Shown here: positions 43,942-54,065 of the stretch, one piece after another
Numbering within the stretch: the first letter of the stretch is position 1
How the letters are laid out: each line of letters starts with the position of its first letter
DNA from: Geopsychrobacteraceae bacterium
Lineage (GTDB): Bacteria > Desulfobacterota > Desulfuromonadia > Desulfuromonadales > Geopsychrobacteraceae
Direction of reading: 5' to 3'
Length of the DNA stretch: 64,000 bases
Assembly: GCA_963676795.2 (NCBI GenBank)
Contig: CAXXTB010000001.1
Coordinates: 896,001-960,000, forward strand
Program-made: the position numbers and the translations under genes
The notes under the pieces: generated by a model
The model's database searches: none
Told to the model about the DNA's origin: nothing
The model's input: only the letters and a program-made list of their open reading frames with translations

Positions 43942-45275
43942 TGCACCACTCCCGCTTCGGTCCGGCGCTGCGTGATCGGTTGCCACCACTCGGGGAGCAG
44001 GTTCAGGGCCCGTTCGGCCATAGCCAGACGGCGGTCGGCGCGTTTCATCTTGCGTTCCAGCACAAGCGGTGGAAACAGGCCGTAATTGATGTTCATCGGC
44101 TGGAAGTTCTCACTTTCCGCGTGATTCAGGTGGCCGAGCAAAGCTCCGAAGGCCGTCTCTGCCGGTGGCAGAGGTGCTTTTTCGCCGCGCAGATGGTAGG
44201 CAGCGAAGATTCCGGCAAGGAAACCGCATGCGGCCGATTCAACGTAACCTTCGACACCGCTGACCTGGCCGGCGACAAAGATGTCGGTGCGGGTGTTCAG
44301 CTGCAGTTGCTCGTTGAGACATTTCGGCGCGTTGATGAAGGTGTTGCGGTGCATGCTGCCAAGCCGTGAAAAACGTACGTTTTCCAGCCCCGGAATCATG
44401 CGGAAGATGCGCTTCTGCTCCGGGTAGGTCATGCGGGTTTGAAAGCCAACCAGATTATAGAGTGAGGCGTTCCGGTTGTCCTGACGCAACTGGACGACCG
44501 CATAGGGGAATCTGCCGGTGCGCGGGTCGGCCAGGCCGACCGGTTTCATCGGTCCGAAAGCCAGGGTTTCTGGTCCGCGCGAAGCCATCTCTTCGATCGG
44601 CATGCAGCCTTCGAAGTGGACCAGCTTTTCGAAGTCGCGGGCGGGAACCTTGTCGGCCTTGAGCAGTTCCTCGACGAAAGCATGGTACTGTTCCTTGTCG
44701 AGCGGGCAGTTGATGTAGTCATCCCCCCCCTTGTCATAGCGCGAGGCCCTCCAGGCTTTGGTGAAATCGATCGAGTCGGCTTCGATGATCGGGGCGATCG
44801 CGTCGTAGAAATAGAGGTGCTCGTCACCGGTCAGGGTTTTCAGTTGTTCAGAAAGGCTTGTGGAAGTCAGCGGGCCGCTGGCGAGGATGGTTGTTCCCTC
44901 TTCAGGTAGTTCGGTGACCTCCTTGCGGATGATTTCGATGGCCGGATGCGCGGCGATTTTAGCGCTGATGTAGGCGGAAAAGTCGTCCCGGTCGACGGCC
45001 AGGGCGCCGCCGGCCGGGACGGCCGTCGCGTCGGCCGCTTCAATGAACAGCGAGCCGCAGCGGCGCAGCTCTTCCTTGAGGCAGCCGACGGCATTGTTCA
45101 TGCCACTGCCGCGCAGGCTGTTGGAGCAGACCAGTTCGGCCAGCTTGTCGCTCTGGTGCGCTTCGGAAAAGCGTTCCGGTTTCATTTCGTAGAGGGTGAC
45201 GCTGCACCCTTCCTGGGCTGCCTGCCAGGCTGCTTCGCAGCCGGCCAGTCCGCCACCGATGATCGTGATATGCAT
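43938..45275 (-). CDS. trmFO: tRNA (uracil-54-C5)-methyltransferase TrmFO
   Basis: [34 protein letters not shown] and GVEGYVES motifs. Confidence 0.96.
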   Translation of the reverse strand: MHITIIGGGLAGCEAAWQAAQEGCSVTLYEMKPERFSEAHQSDKLAELVCSNSLRGSGMNNAVGCLKEELRRCGSLFIEAADATAVPAGGALAVDRDDFSAYISAKIAAHPAIEIIRKEVTELPEEGTTILASGPLTSTSLSEQLKTLTGDEHLYFYDAIAPIIEADSIDFTKAWRASRYDKGGDDYINCPLDKEQYHAFVEELLKADKVPARDFEKLVHFEGCMPIEEMASRGPETLAFGPMKPVGLADPRTGRFPYAVVQLRQDNRNASLYNLVGFQTRMTYPEQKRIFRMIPGLENVRFSRLGSMHRNTFINAPKCLNEQLQLNTRTDIFVAGQVSGVEGYVESAACGFLAGIFAAYHLRGEKAPLPPAETAFGALLGHLNHAESENFQPMNINYGLFPPLVLERKMKRADRRLAMAERALNLLPEWWQPITQRRTEAGVVQ

Positions 45276-45353
45276 AAAAAGTCTCTGTTTGAAAAGCAAA
45301 ACCGGTCAGGCCTGTGGCCTAACCGGTTCAAGGATACCTCAGTTCCGGCTGGT

Positions 45354-47714
45354 TCAGGAACTGCTTTTGGTGGTTTTTTTCGCTGCCGTTTTCCTGACAG
45401 TGGTTTTCTTTGCCGGGGCTTTTTTCGCCGGTTCCTTTTTCTCCGGTGGAATCAGGACCTTCTCCCAGTCACAGTTCTCCTGCGGACAGCGCTGAACCGT
45501 TCCCCAACGCTTGGTGGTCTTGATCTCGGTGACCGGCCAGGAGCACTTCGGACAGCTTTCCGCCTTGGGTGGATTCCACAGTGCGTATTTGCATTGCGGG
45601 TAGCGGTTGCAGGAATAGAAGATCTTGCCGTAGCGGCTCTTCTTTTCCATCAGTTCCCCTTCGCCGCACTGAGGACAGGTGATCTCCATCGATTTCGGTT
45701 TTTCCAGCGGCTGGATGTTCTTGCACTTCGGATAGGCGCTGCAGGCTAGGAACTTGCCGTAGCGTCCCGATTTGATCAGCATCTGGGCGCCGCACTTGTC
45801 ACAGGTCTCTTCAGAGAAGACCGGTTCTTCCGTTTCCTTGTCCTCGCCGTTCAGCGGCTCGGTGTGGCGGCAGTCGGGGAAGCCGCTGCAGGCCAAAAAA
45901 CGTCCCGAACGACCCAGCTTGATGACCAGTTCCTTGCCGCATTCCGGACAGGTCTTGTCGGTCTTCTCGGTAGTGACGTCGGCTTTGCTGACCTCCTGAT
46001 CCTTGCGCCGCAGCAGGGCGATGAACGGATCCCAGAACTGACGGATCGCCGGAATCCAGGCCAGCTCGCCACGAGAGATCGAGTCGAGTTCCTCTTCCAG
46101 CTCGGCAGTGAAGTCGTAATCGACATACTGGCTGAAGTGTTCAGTCAGCAGCTTGGTGACGACCCGGCCGGTATCTTCCGGGAAGAAGGTGCGCTTCTCG
46201 AGGCGCACGTACTTGCGGGTGACCAGGGTGTTCATGATGCTGGCGTAGGTCGACGGGCGACCAATGCCGTACTCTTCCAGGGTCTTGACCAGGCTCGCCT
46301 CGGTAAAGCGCGGTGGCGGCTGGGTGAAGTGCTGCTCGGGGGTGAGCTCCTCCTTCTTGAGATTCTCGCCTTCATTGAGAGCTGGCAGCAGTCCTTCCTG
46401 TTCTTCGTCGTCAGGGGAGTCTGTCCCTTCAATATAGAGCGCCATAAAACCGGGAAAGCGGATCACCTGGCCGGTCGCACGGAAGTTGTAGCGCTCGCCG
46501 GCAGCGATGTCGACGCTGGTCGCATCGAAGATCGCCTGGGTCATCTGCGAGGCGACGGTCCGTTTCCAGATCAGCTCGTAGAGGCGGTACTGATCAGAGG
46601 TCAGGTAAGCCTTGACCTCTTTCGGCAGGCGGGCGATAGAGGTCGGCCTGATCGCTTCGTGGGCCTCCTGGGCGTTCTTGCTCTTGCTTTTGAAGACCCG
46701 CGGCTTCTTCAGGGCAAATTCGTCACCATAATGCTTGCGGATCACCTCTCTCGCCTCATCAGTTGCCTGGGTCGAGAGGGCGACCGAGTCGGTACGCATG
46801 TAGGTGATCAGGCCGTGGGTACCGTCACCAACCTCGATCCCTTCATAGAGCTTCTGGGCGACGGTCATGGTCTTGCGCGCTGAAAAGCCAAGCTTGCGGC
46901 TGGCTTCCTGCTGCAGGGTGCTGGTGGTGAACGGCGGCGCAGGGTTGCGCTTGCGTTCCTTCTTCTCCAGTTTGGCAACCTGGTAGCCGCAGGATTCGAG
47001 CTCGGCCAGAATCGCGTTGGCCTCTGCCTCGGTTGCGATGCCGAATTTGCCGAGGGCCTTGCCGTCACAGCCCTGCAGCTTGGCGTTGAAGCGGCCGCCT
47101 CCTGCCGTGGCGAACAGGCCGTCGATGGTCCAGTATTCTTTCGGCTCGAAGGCTTCGATCTCGTCTTCCCGTTCGCAGATCAGACGCAGGGCGACCGATT
47201 GAACACGTCCGGCAGACAGTCCGTAGCGGATCTTCTTCCACAGGAAAGGGGAGAGGTTGAAGCCGACCAGGTAGTCGAGAACCGAGCGGGCCTGCTGGGC
47301 GTCGACCAGGTTCCTGGCAATCTGACGCGGATGGGCCATCGCTTCGGTGATAGCCGATTCGGTGATTTCGTGAAAGGTGACCCGCTTGACCTCCGGCCTG
47401 GTCCCGTTTTCATTGATCCCGAGTGCCTCAAGCAGGTGCCAGGCAATCGCTTCCCCTTCACGGTCAAGGTCGGTTGCGAGAATCAGTTCGTCGCACTTGG
47501 CGGCTTCCTTTTTCAGCAGGCTGATATGCTTGGCGCTGTCCGGCAGGATATGGTACTTGGGTTCGAAATTGTTGGCGGTGTCGACCGACCCCTGCTTGCT
47601 CGGCAGAGCACGGACGTGGCCGTAGGAGGCAAGGACCTTGTAGCCTTTGCCGAGAAATTTTTCGATGGTTTTTGCTTTTGCTGGCGATTCGACGATAACC
47701 AGTGATTTAGCCAT
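45354..47714 (-). CDS. topA: DNA topoisomerase I
   Basis: IVESPAK, DLDREGE, SAGRVQS and ITYMRTD motifs; three Zn ribbons; Lys-rich tail. Confidence 0.97.
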   Translation of the reverse strand: MAKSLVIVESPAKAKTIEKFLGKGYKVLASYGHVRALPSKQGSVDTANNFEPKYHILPDSAKHISLLKKEAAKCDELILATDLDREGEAIAWHLLEALGINENGTRPEVKRVTFHEITESAITEAMAHPRQIARNLVDAQQARSVLDYLVGFNLSPFLWKKIRYGLSAGRVQSVALRLICEREDEIEAFEPKEYWTIDGLFATAGGGRFNAKLQGCDGKALGKFGIATEAEANAILAELESCGYQVAKLEKKERKRNPAPPFTTSTLQQEASRKLGFSARKTMTVAQKLYEGIEVGDGTHGLITYMRTDSVALSTQATDEAREVIRKHYGDEFALKKPRVFKSKSKNAQEAHEAIRPTSIARLPKEVKAYLTSDQYRLYELIWKRTVASQMTQAIFDATSVDIAAGERYNFRATGQVIRFPGFMALYIEGTDSPDDEEQEGLLPALNEGENLKKEELTPEQHFTQPPPRFTEASLVKTLEEYGIGRPSTYASIMNTLVTRKYVRLEKRTFFPEDTGRVVTKLLTEHFSQYVDYDFTAELEEELDSISRGELAWIPAIRQFWDPFIALLRRKDQEVSKADVTTEKTDKTCPECGKELVIKLGRSGRFLACSGFPDCRHTEPLNGEDKETEEPVFSEETCDKCGAQMLIKSGRYGKFLACSAYPKCKNIQPLEKPKSMEITCPQCGEGELMEKKSRYGKIFYSCNRYPQCKYALWNPPKAESCPKCSWPVTEIKTTKRWGTVQRCPQENCDWEKVLIPPEKKEPAKKAPAKKTTVRKTAAKKTTKSSS

Positions 47715-47775
47715 ATTTTCCTCTGAAATCCTGCTCTACCTCATGCGCAACAAGAAACTTCATGGACCTCAAAAC

Positions 47776-47808
47776 AAAAAAGGTTGCGCCATAATTATGT
47801 GCGCAACC
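47776..47808 (-). terminator. Terminator between smg and topA
   Basis: GGTTGCGC...GCGCAACC stem followed by a T-run on the minus strand. Confidence 0.6.
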
Positions 47809-47813
47809 CTGTT

Positions 47814-48293
47814 TCAGTGGTAGATACGTGCCCAGTCGTTGTCGAGAAAACAGTCGATTTCCCGGGACCAGAGACTGTTGGAACGAGACAGCAGGGTCAT
47901 AATGGTGATCAGTTTGATCTCCAGTTCGTTGATCGGGTCCTCCGCACTGCGCAGGGCACGATCGATGATTTCTTCTTCAGCCTCGTCACTGAGCAGGCCC
48001 ATGGCGCGGACTTTGACCAGAAAACCACGCGCTTCACGGCTTAAGTGATGCTCTTCCTGACTGCTGAAGATTCGATAACTAGTCGGATTTATAAGCGAAA
48101 TTTCGTCGTCTTCGGGTTCCGTCGGGCGCAGGGCGACCGCTTCCATCCAGGAGAAAGCATCGTCAATCTCCTCCGCCTTGTAGCCGACAGACAAGAGCTC
48201 GGCGACCAGCTCCTGTTCACTGATCGGAGCATCTTCGGCACCGAGAACATATTGGGCAATCAGGTTGACGATTGCCAGAACGCGTTCACGCAC
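47814..48293 (-). CDS. smg: DUF494/Smg family protein
   Basis: L..VGY..EEIDDAFSW and RIFS.QE..LS.EARGFL motifs; dprA-smg-topA synteny. Confidence 0.85.
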   Translation of the reverse strand: MRERVLAIVNLIAQYVLGAEDAPISEQELVAELLSVGYKAEEIDDAFSWMEAVALRPTEPEDDEISLINPTSYRIFSSQEEHHLSREARGFLVKVRAMGLLSDEAEEEIIDRALRSAEDPINELEIKLITIMTLLSRSNSLWSREIDCFLDNDWARIYH

Positions 48294-48330
48294 GGGAACT
48301 CCATTCGCTTTTCCGTCGATTTTTCAGGCA

Positions 48331-49416
48331 TTAACAACGGACAAAAAAGTCACCGGGAAGGGCCTGAATAACCCCCCGGAGTTCTAGGTCGAGTAAAATA
48401 ACGGAAAGCTCCATAGGAGTCAAGCCGCATTTATGCGCTATTTCATCAGTATGTAATGGGTCGTGACTTAGGAACTGGTAAACTTTCTGAGTTATAGCGT
48501 CTACCCCTTCTATCTGTCTATCAGCAAATTGGCATTGCTGCATAAGAACGTTTCTTGCTGGCCAGAGCAGGTTGATGATGTCGGCGCTTTCAGTCACCAG
48601 AACGGCCCCCTGTTTCAGCAGCCGGTTGGTGCCATTGCTGTTCGGGCTCTGTATCGATCCAGGCATGGCAAACAGTTCTCGCCCCTGTTCCAGGGCAAAG
48701 TCGCCGGTGATCAGAGATCCGCTTTTCTCTGCGGCTTCAACGATCAGAACCCCTTTGCTCAGGCCGCTGATGATCCTGTTGCGGCCCGGGAAGTGTCCAG
48801 GGAAGGGGCGTGTTCCGGGGGGATATTCACTGATGATGGCGTTGTTCTTCAGGATTTCGTTGTAAAGATAGCCATTTTCCGCTGGATAGACCTGATCGAC
48901 GCCGCAACCGAGTACCGCGATTGTCCGGCCGCTGGCCTGCAGGGCTCCGCGGTGGGCGGCACTGTCGATTCCACGAGCCAGTCCACTGACAATACAGATT
49001 CCCTGTCCGGCCAGCTCGCAGGCAAGTTCCTTGGTGATGACCTGACCGGCAGCGGACGCGCGTCGCGAGCCGACAATCGCCAGACATTCTGTGGCGGGCA
49101 GTTGGCCGCGGATATAGAGGACTGCTGGCGGGTCGTAGATCTCCTTGAGCAGTTGCGGGTAGTCCGCGTCCCAGAACGAGCAGATCTTTATTGCGAACTG
49201 ATCTATGGCGGCGAGTGCGCTGAGATAGGCCTTGCTGTTTTCCCCAGGCCGGTTATGAAACAGAGCTTGAGGAATTCCTGCCCGGAGCCAGGCGCGTTCC
49301 GACGCCTGCAGCGCGGCGCTAAATGTTGTGAAGTGCTCATGGATTCTGAACAGGGCGCTACGCCCAAGCTGTGGTGTAAGATGAAGCCTGAGCAGGGCCA
49401 GGTGTTCTGCAGTCAT
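48331..49416 (-). CDS. dprA: DNA processing protein DprA
   Basis: YPQLLKEIYDPP, AIVGSR, VSGLARGID, FPGRNRIISG and SGSLIT motifs. Confidence 0.95.
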   Translation of the reverse strand: MTAEHLALLRLHLTPQLGRSALFRIHEHFTTFSAALQASERAWLRAGIPQALFHNRPGENSKAYLSALAAIDQFAIKICSFWDADYPQLLKEIYDPPAVLYIRGQLPATECLAIVGSRRASAAGQVITKELACELAGQGICIVSGLARGIDSAAHRGALQASGRTIAVLGCGVDQVYPAENGYLYNEILKNNAIISEYPPGTRPFPGHFPGRNRIISGLSKGVLIVEAAEKSGSLITGDFALEQGRELFAMPGSIQSPNSNGTNRLLKQGAVLVTESADIINLLWPARNVLMQQCQFADRQIEGVDAITQKVYQFLSHDPLHTDEIAHKCGLTPMELSVILLDLELRGVIQALPGDFFVRC

Positions 49417-49455
49417 TTTCTTCCCCTCCGATGAAAAGACCTGCCAGCCAAAATA

Positions 49456-49483
49456 AAACAGGGCTGAAAACTCAGCCCTGTTT
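49456..49483 (-). terminator. Terminator between the LysM gene and dprA
   Basis: AAACAGGGCTGA-AAAC-TCAGCCCTGTTT with a T-rich tail on the minus strand. Confidence 0.7.
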
Positions 49484-49505
49484 CGATCTGCTATGTATAG
49501 GGGGG

Positions 49506-50525
49506 CTATTCGCCGGCCATAGTGACTGTATCGCCGATAAAGGCCGGATTGACGCTCTTGAAGATGATTGCCGAAGAGCTGTGGTCTCTGGCATCGATGA
49601 CGACAGCTGCGCCGAGAACCTCATCCGGAAGCTCAAGGTTGCCGGCCTGCTTGAGCAGCTGGTCGGAAACCTGACGCGGCCGGGAGATATAGAAAAGGTT
49701 GCCGTTGGCGACCCCTTCTTCACGGCCGAGGTTGATGTAGAGGATATCGCCGGATGACAGGGTCGCTTTTTCATCGCGGCTGGCGATGACCAGGCCCTGC
49801 TGGGTCGCTTCGCTCTTGGTCATGACGACATCTTTGTTCAGCGGGGTATACTCGAACAGTTCGGCGCCGCGTTCGATTTCCCGGTAGGACTTGACGATTT
49901 TGGCCGAGACGGTCTCGCCGGTCAGGCCGGTGACCTGGATATAGCCGAGATTCTGCATCTTGGTGCCGACCGCCTTGCCGGTCCGGGGATGTTTGACCTG
50001 CTGGCCGCGCTCGAAGATTCCGTAGGTATCACCGACAGTGACCAGGGAAGGATCTTTCATCTTGATGAAGATCATGTCGTTTTCGGTCAGCAGAACCCGG
50101 TTGTCGACAGAGTCGACGATCAGCCCCAGCGGTATTTCACTGGTCAGGATGAAGCCAGTGCCAGCGCCGCTGGACTTGATGGTGATCAGCTGCTGCTCCG
50201 GATTGACCGCAACCGGCTGCCCCTGATCGAGGGCCTGAGGAGTTTCCGCAGCTTCCCTGTAGGCCGGAATGATTTCAATGCGGCCATCGATGATGCGGAT
50301 CTTCTGGCCCGGGAAAATCAGGTGCGGGTTGGTGATATCGGGGTTGTTGGCCCAGACATTTGGCCAGTAGTAGGGATCATCGATGAAGCGCTTGGAGATG
50401 TCCCACAAGGTGTCCCCCTTTTTGATCGTGTAGATCTGTCCTTCATCTGCGGAGGCGGAAAGCGGACCGACAACCATCGTAAGGAGTGCCAGTAAGGTCA
50501 ACCAGCGAAAAAGTGTCTGTGTCAT
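49506..50525 (-). CDS. LysM peptidoglycan-binding protein (TsaP-like)
   Basis: Signal peptide; YTIKKGDTLWDIS..WPNVW..NPHLIFPG; lies upstream of dprA. Confidence 0.85.
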   Translation of the reverse strand: MTQTLFRWLTLLALLTMVVGPLSASADEGQIYTIKKGDTLWDISKRFIDDPYYWPNVWANNPDITNPHLIFPGQKIRIIDGRIEIIPAYREAAETPQALDQGQPVAVNPEQQLITIKSSGAGTGFILTSEIPLGLIVDSVDNRVLLTENDMIFIKMKDPSLVTVGDTYGIFERGQQVKHPRTGKAVGTKMQNLGYIQVTGLTGETVSAKIVKSYREIERGAELFEYTPLNKDVVMTKSEATQQGLVIASRDEKATLSSGDILYINLGREEGVANGNLFYISRPRQVSDQLLKQAGNLELPDEVLGAAVVIDARDHSSSAIIFKSVNPAFIGDTVTMAGE

Positions 50526-50553
50526 GTGAGCCCTCTCAAAACGTGGAAAAGCA

Positions 50554-51216
50554 TCAATTCATCATGCTGTTGCTGCGATTCAGGTGCTGCGCTTCCGGAC
50601 TGTCCGGATACTGGCTGGCGAGCTGTTTGAGCAGCTGGTCAGCCTGCAGGGAGTAACCCCGCTGACGATAGACCTGGGCCAGTTGCATCAGGGCCGCCGG
50701 AGCTTTGTTGGAGGCCGCCGGATCGTCGATGATCTGTTTCAGGTTGGTGATGGCCGCTTCGGTTTTTCCCAGAGCGATCTGGGCATTGGCGAGCCAGTAG
50801 CGGGCATTGGCGGCGTACTGGTGGTCAGGGTTCGCGCTCAGAAACTCGGCAAAGCCGGTTTCGGCCGCTTCGACCTTGCCTGAGGCGAGATCGGAAAAGG
50901 CGCTCAGGTAGAGAGCTGCAGAATCTGTTGCCTGCGGAACCATAAGTGCCGGGGCCACTGTGTCCGGGCTGATCCGGTCGGCTTTCGGCATGGCGGCCTG
51001 TGGCTTGCCCTGTTGCAGCAGGATCAGTTGCTGTTGCAGATCGCGCAGCTGGGCTGCCTGAATCTGCTGCTGTTCTTTGATGGTCTCAAGCTGGGATTTC
51101 AGGGCGGTTGACGGCGCCATGGTCATGCTAGTCGGCTGGGCGCAGGAACTGATGAAAATGGCTGCCAGAAGCAGGATTGGTGCGCTTTTCAGTATCGCAA
51201 AGTGATGTGGTTTCAT
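50554..51216 (-). CDS. CpoB/YbgF-like TPR lipoprotein
   Basis: Lipobox ISSC; coiled coil; YAANARYWLA, KAPAAL and YPDSPEA TPR motifs. Confidence 0.75.
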   Translation of the reverse strand: MKPHHFAILKSAPILLLAAIFISSCAQPTSMTMAPSTALKSQLETIKEQQQIQAAQLRDLQQQLILLQQGKPQAAMPKADRISPDTVAPALMVPQATDSAALYLSAFSDLASGKVEAAETGFAEFLSANPDHQYAANARYWLANAQIALGKTEAAITNLKQIIDDPAASNKAPAALMQLAQVYRQRGYSLQADQLLKQLASQYPDSPEAQHLNRSNSMMN

Positions 51217-51259
51217 AGTTTTTATTTGTCCATGCGAAAAAAATGCATATCAAGTTAAA

Positions 51260-51288
51260 AAATTATAGTTTTCTTAACAAGTTGTCAA
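51260..51288 (-). promoter_or_regulatory. sigma70 promoter for the CpoB-like gene
   Basis: Minus strand TTGACA followed by TATAAT (15 bp) or TAATTT (17 bp). Confidence 0.55.
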
Positions 51289-51482
51289 GTTGCAAAAATG
51301 AGAAACTTCCAAATGTTAGGGGCTGTTCCGAAGATCCTCATGAAGTTTACCCTGTTTTGGCAAATATAGAATCATAATCTTTATTGTGAATTCGTGCTAT
51401 TGCTGCGGAATCTGTTATTGCCGCCCGGGATATAACCTGTGGTATCCTCTGTTTTTTACTTTTACAGGATAGATGGGATTCG

Positions 51483-52712
51483 ATGAGTCGTAACAAAAAC
51501 ATGATCAAGCCGGAACTGCTGGTTCCGGCCGGGGATATGGAAAAACTCAAGACCGCAGTGCGCTTTGGCGCCGATGCTGTCTATCTGGGGACTGAGGAGT
51601 TCGGCCTGCGGGCTCATGCCGGCAATTTCAGTATCGACGCCTTGCGCCAGGCCCGTGAACTGACCCGTGAGGCCGGCGTGCAGCTCTACCTGACCCTCAA
51701 CGCCTCCTTGAGGCCGGACGAATTCTGCGCGTTGGAGACTCTGCTCGAAGAGCTCCGGCCGATCGATCTCGATGCCTACATCGTTGCCGATCCGGGGGCC
51801 CTGGCGACCATCCGTATGGTCGATCCGCAGCGGCCCGTTCATCTTTCGACCCAGAGCAACAACTGTAACCCGCGGGCGGCTGAGTTCTGGCGTCAGAACG
51901 GGGTCAGTCGTATCAACCTGGCCCGCGAGCTGACCCTCGATGATATCCGTGCCTTTGCCGGCGCCACCCAGCTTGAACTGGAATGTTTTGTCCATGGCGC
52001 GATGTGCGTGGCGCATTCGGGGCGTTGTCTGCTGTCGGCGGCGTTACTGCAGCGCAGCGCCAACCGGGGCGATTGCGCTCAGCCCTGCCGCTGGAATTAT
52101 TCTCTCGTTGAACAGACGCGGCCGCAGGAGAACTTCTCGATCGAAGAGGACAGCCGTGGCAGCTACATCATGAATAGCCGCGATCTCTGCCTGATCGACC
52201 AGCTTCCAGAACTGATGGCGGCCGGGGTTGACAGTTTCAAGATCGAAGGGCGGATGAAGAGTCTCTACTACGTCGCCACGGTGGCCAGGGTCTATCGCGA
52301 TGCCATCGATCGCCTGTTCGCCGATCCGCAGGATCATGATCCGCTCTGGCGCGAAGAGCTGGAAAAGGTCAGCCACCGCCCCTACGACAGCGGCTTTCTG
52401 CTCGGTATGGACGATGTCAAGATTCATGCCGCGGACACCCATTATATCCGGACCCATGATTTTGTCGGTTTCGTCCGCAGCGGTGAGACGGGGCTCTGGG
52501 TGGAGGGGCGCAACCGCTTTCTGCTCGGTGATGAACTGGAGCTGATCGGACCTGGCATGCGTCAGGAAAAATTCCCCGTTACTGAAATCCGCTCCCTGAA
52601 GGGGGAGCTTCTTTCGGCCGGGCAGCCGAATTCCCAGTTGTTGCTCGATCTGCCGGGGTGGGCCAGCGCAGGCGACCTGTTGCGCAGGAAACGCCCGGAG
52701 GGGGCTGCGTGA
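51483..52712 (+). CDS. U32 family protein (TrhP/YegQ-like tRNA hydroxylation)
   Basis: PELLVPAG, GADAVY, HLSTQ, LAREL, HGAMC..SGRC..CAQPCR and KIEGR motifs. Confidence 0.88.
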   Translation: MSRNKNMIKPELLVPAGDMEKLKTAVRFGADAVYLGTEEFGLRAHAGNFSIDALRQARELTREAGVQLYLTLNASLRPDEFCALETLLEELRPIDLDAYIVADPGALATIRMVDPQRPVHLSTQSNNCNPRAAEFWRQNGVSRINLARELTLDDIRAFAGATQLELECFVHGAMCVAHSGRCLLSAALLQRSANRGDCAQPCRWNYSLVEQTRPQENFSIEEDSRGSYIMNSRDLCLIDQLPELMAAGVDSFKIEGRMKSLYYVATVARVYRDAIDRLFADPQDHDPLWREELEKVSHRPYDSGFLLGMDDVKIHAADTHYIRTHDFVGFVRSGETGLWVEGRNRFLLGDELELIGPGMRQEKFPVTEIRSLKGELLSAGQPNSQLLLDLPGWASAGDLLRRKRPEGAA

Positions 52713-53950
52713 AGATCGGATTGCTCTGTTTCTACCTGCTGATCGTGGTCTTGCGCTTCGGGCTGGACTGGTTGAACCTCAAGCATCGCCAAAACCGGAA
52801 AAGCGAACTTCCTCCCCTGTTCAAAGAACAGATCGATCAGGAAAGGATGAACAGAAGTGACGCTTATTCCCTGGCCGGGGACAAGCTTGGCTTTGTGGAA
52901 GAGGCGTTTGGCGTCGTTGTGACCCTGGTGTTTCTGTTTGGCGGAATTCTACCCTGGTACGATCGGTTGATCGGCACCCTGAGCGATTCTTTTGTGCTTT
53001 CCAGTCTCTGCTCCTTTGCCGCTCTGCTACTGGTTCAGGGCCTGCTCGGACTGCCTTTTTCCCTTTATCGTAACTTTGTCCTCGAAGAGCGCTTCGGTTT
53101 CAACCGGATGAGTTTCAAGCTCTGGTGTTTCGATCTGATCAAGGGGCTGCTGGTCGGTGTTCCCGTCTTCCTGGTTCTGTGCGGCGGGGGCCTGCTGCTG
53201 GTCGCCCTGTTGCCGAACAGCTGGTGGCTGTGGGTCTGGCTGCTCTGGGCGCTGGTTTCGCTGTTCCTGATCTATCTCTCCCCCTATCTGATCGAGCCGC
53301 TCTTTTACAAGTTTTCACCCTTGACCAGGGAGTCCCTGGATCATGAGGTCAGGGCTCTTCTCCAGCGCGTCGGCATCGAGGCCGGTCAGGTCCTGCAGGT
53401 TGACGCTTCGAAACGGAGCGGCCACAGTAACGCCTATTTTACCGGGATCGGCAAGGTCAAACGGGTGGTGCTCTTCGATACTCTGCTCGAACAGCTCGAT
53501 GATCAGGAAATCCTCGCGGTGCTGGCTCATGAGCTCGGGCACTGGCGCTGCGGCCATCTGTGGAAACATCTGGTCAAAAGCCAGCTGGTGATTCTCGGTT
53601 GCTGTCTGCTCGCTTTCTGGCTGTTGCGGTTGCAGATTCTGCCGGGCTGGTTGGGCCTGGAACAGCTGTCGTTTGCCGGTCAGCTGCTTGTGCTGATCTG
53701 GTTGGAAATGCAGATCGGGTTTTTCTGGAAGCCGGTCAGCAGCTGGTTGTCCAGGCGTCAGGAACGGCAGGCCGATAACTTTGCCATCGATCTTATCGGT
53801 CATGGTCAGAGTCTGGCCAGCGGGCTGGTCAAGCTGGCCAGAGAAAACCTGAGCAACCTGTTTCCGCATCCGCTCTATGTCGCTTTCTACTTTTCTCATC
53901 CGGCGCTGCTTGAGCGGGTTGAGCAATTGGAGAGGGGTGGGCAGCGCTGA
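52709..53950 (+). CDS. M48 family metallopeptidase (Ste24-like)
   Basis: Multiple TM helices; DASKRS..NAYFTG; FDTL; AHELGH; ERQAD; SHP; GTGA overlap with the U32 gene. Confidence 0.9.
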   Translation: MKIGLLCFYLLIVVLRFGLDWLNLKHRQNRKSELPPLFKEQIDQERMNRSDAYSLAGDKLGFVEEAFGVVVTLVFLFGGILPWYDRLIGTLSDSFVLSSLCSFAALLLVQGLLGLPFSLYRNFVLEERFGFNRMSFKLWCFDLIKGLLVGVPVFLVLCGGGLLLVALLPNSWWLWVWLLWALVSLFLIYLSPYLIEPLFYKFSPLTRESLDHEVRALLQRVGIEAGQVLQVDASKRSGHSNAYFTGIGKVKRVVLFDTLLEQLDDQEILAVLAHELGHWRCGHLWKHLVKSQLVILGCCLLAFWLLRLQILPGWLGLEQLSFAGQLLVLIWLEMQIGFFWKPVSSWLSRRQERQADNFAIDLIGHGQSLASGLVKLARENLSNLFPHPLYVAFYFSHPALLERVEQLERGGQR

Positions 53951-53952
53951 AT

Positions 53953-54010
53953 AAAAAAATGGCGCGCCGACCAGGAGGGGATAAGTCAGCACGCCAAAGT
54001 TTGTTGCCAT
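53953..54010 (-). ncRNA. Candidate small RNA with anti-Shine-Dalgarno loop
   Basis: Own promoter; 12-bp terminator stem with loop TTATCCCCTCCTG and a T7 tail. Confidence 0.5.
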
Positions 54011-54016
54011 GAATAA

Positions 54017-54045
54017 ACTTTACCTTATTGCTCAGGTATTTTCAA
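54017..54045 (-). promoter_or_regulatory. sigma70 promoter of the candidate sRNA
   Basis: TTGAAA-17 bp-TAAAGT on the minus strand. Confidence 0.6.
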
Positions 54046-54065
54046 GCGGGAGCCGATATTTTCTT

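Noticed and set aside
53315..54010. 231-aa leaderless antisense ORF starting at the candidate sRNA TSS
   Set aside because: An intrinsic terminator lies within the first 60 nt and the rest is antisense to the M48 peptidase
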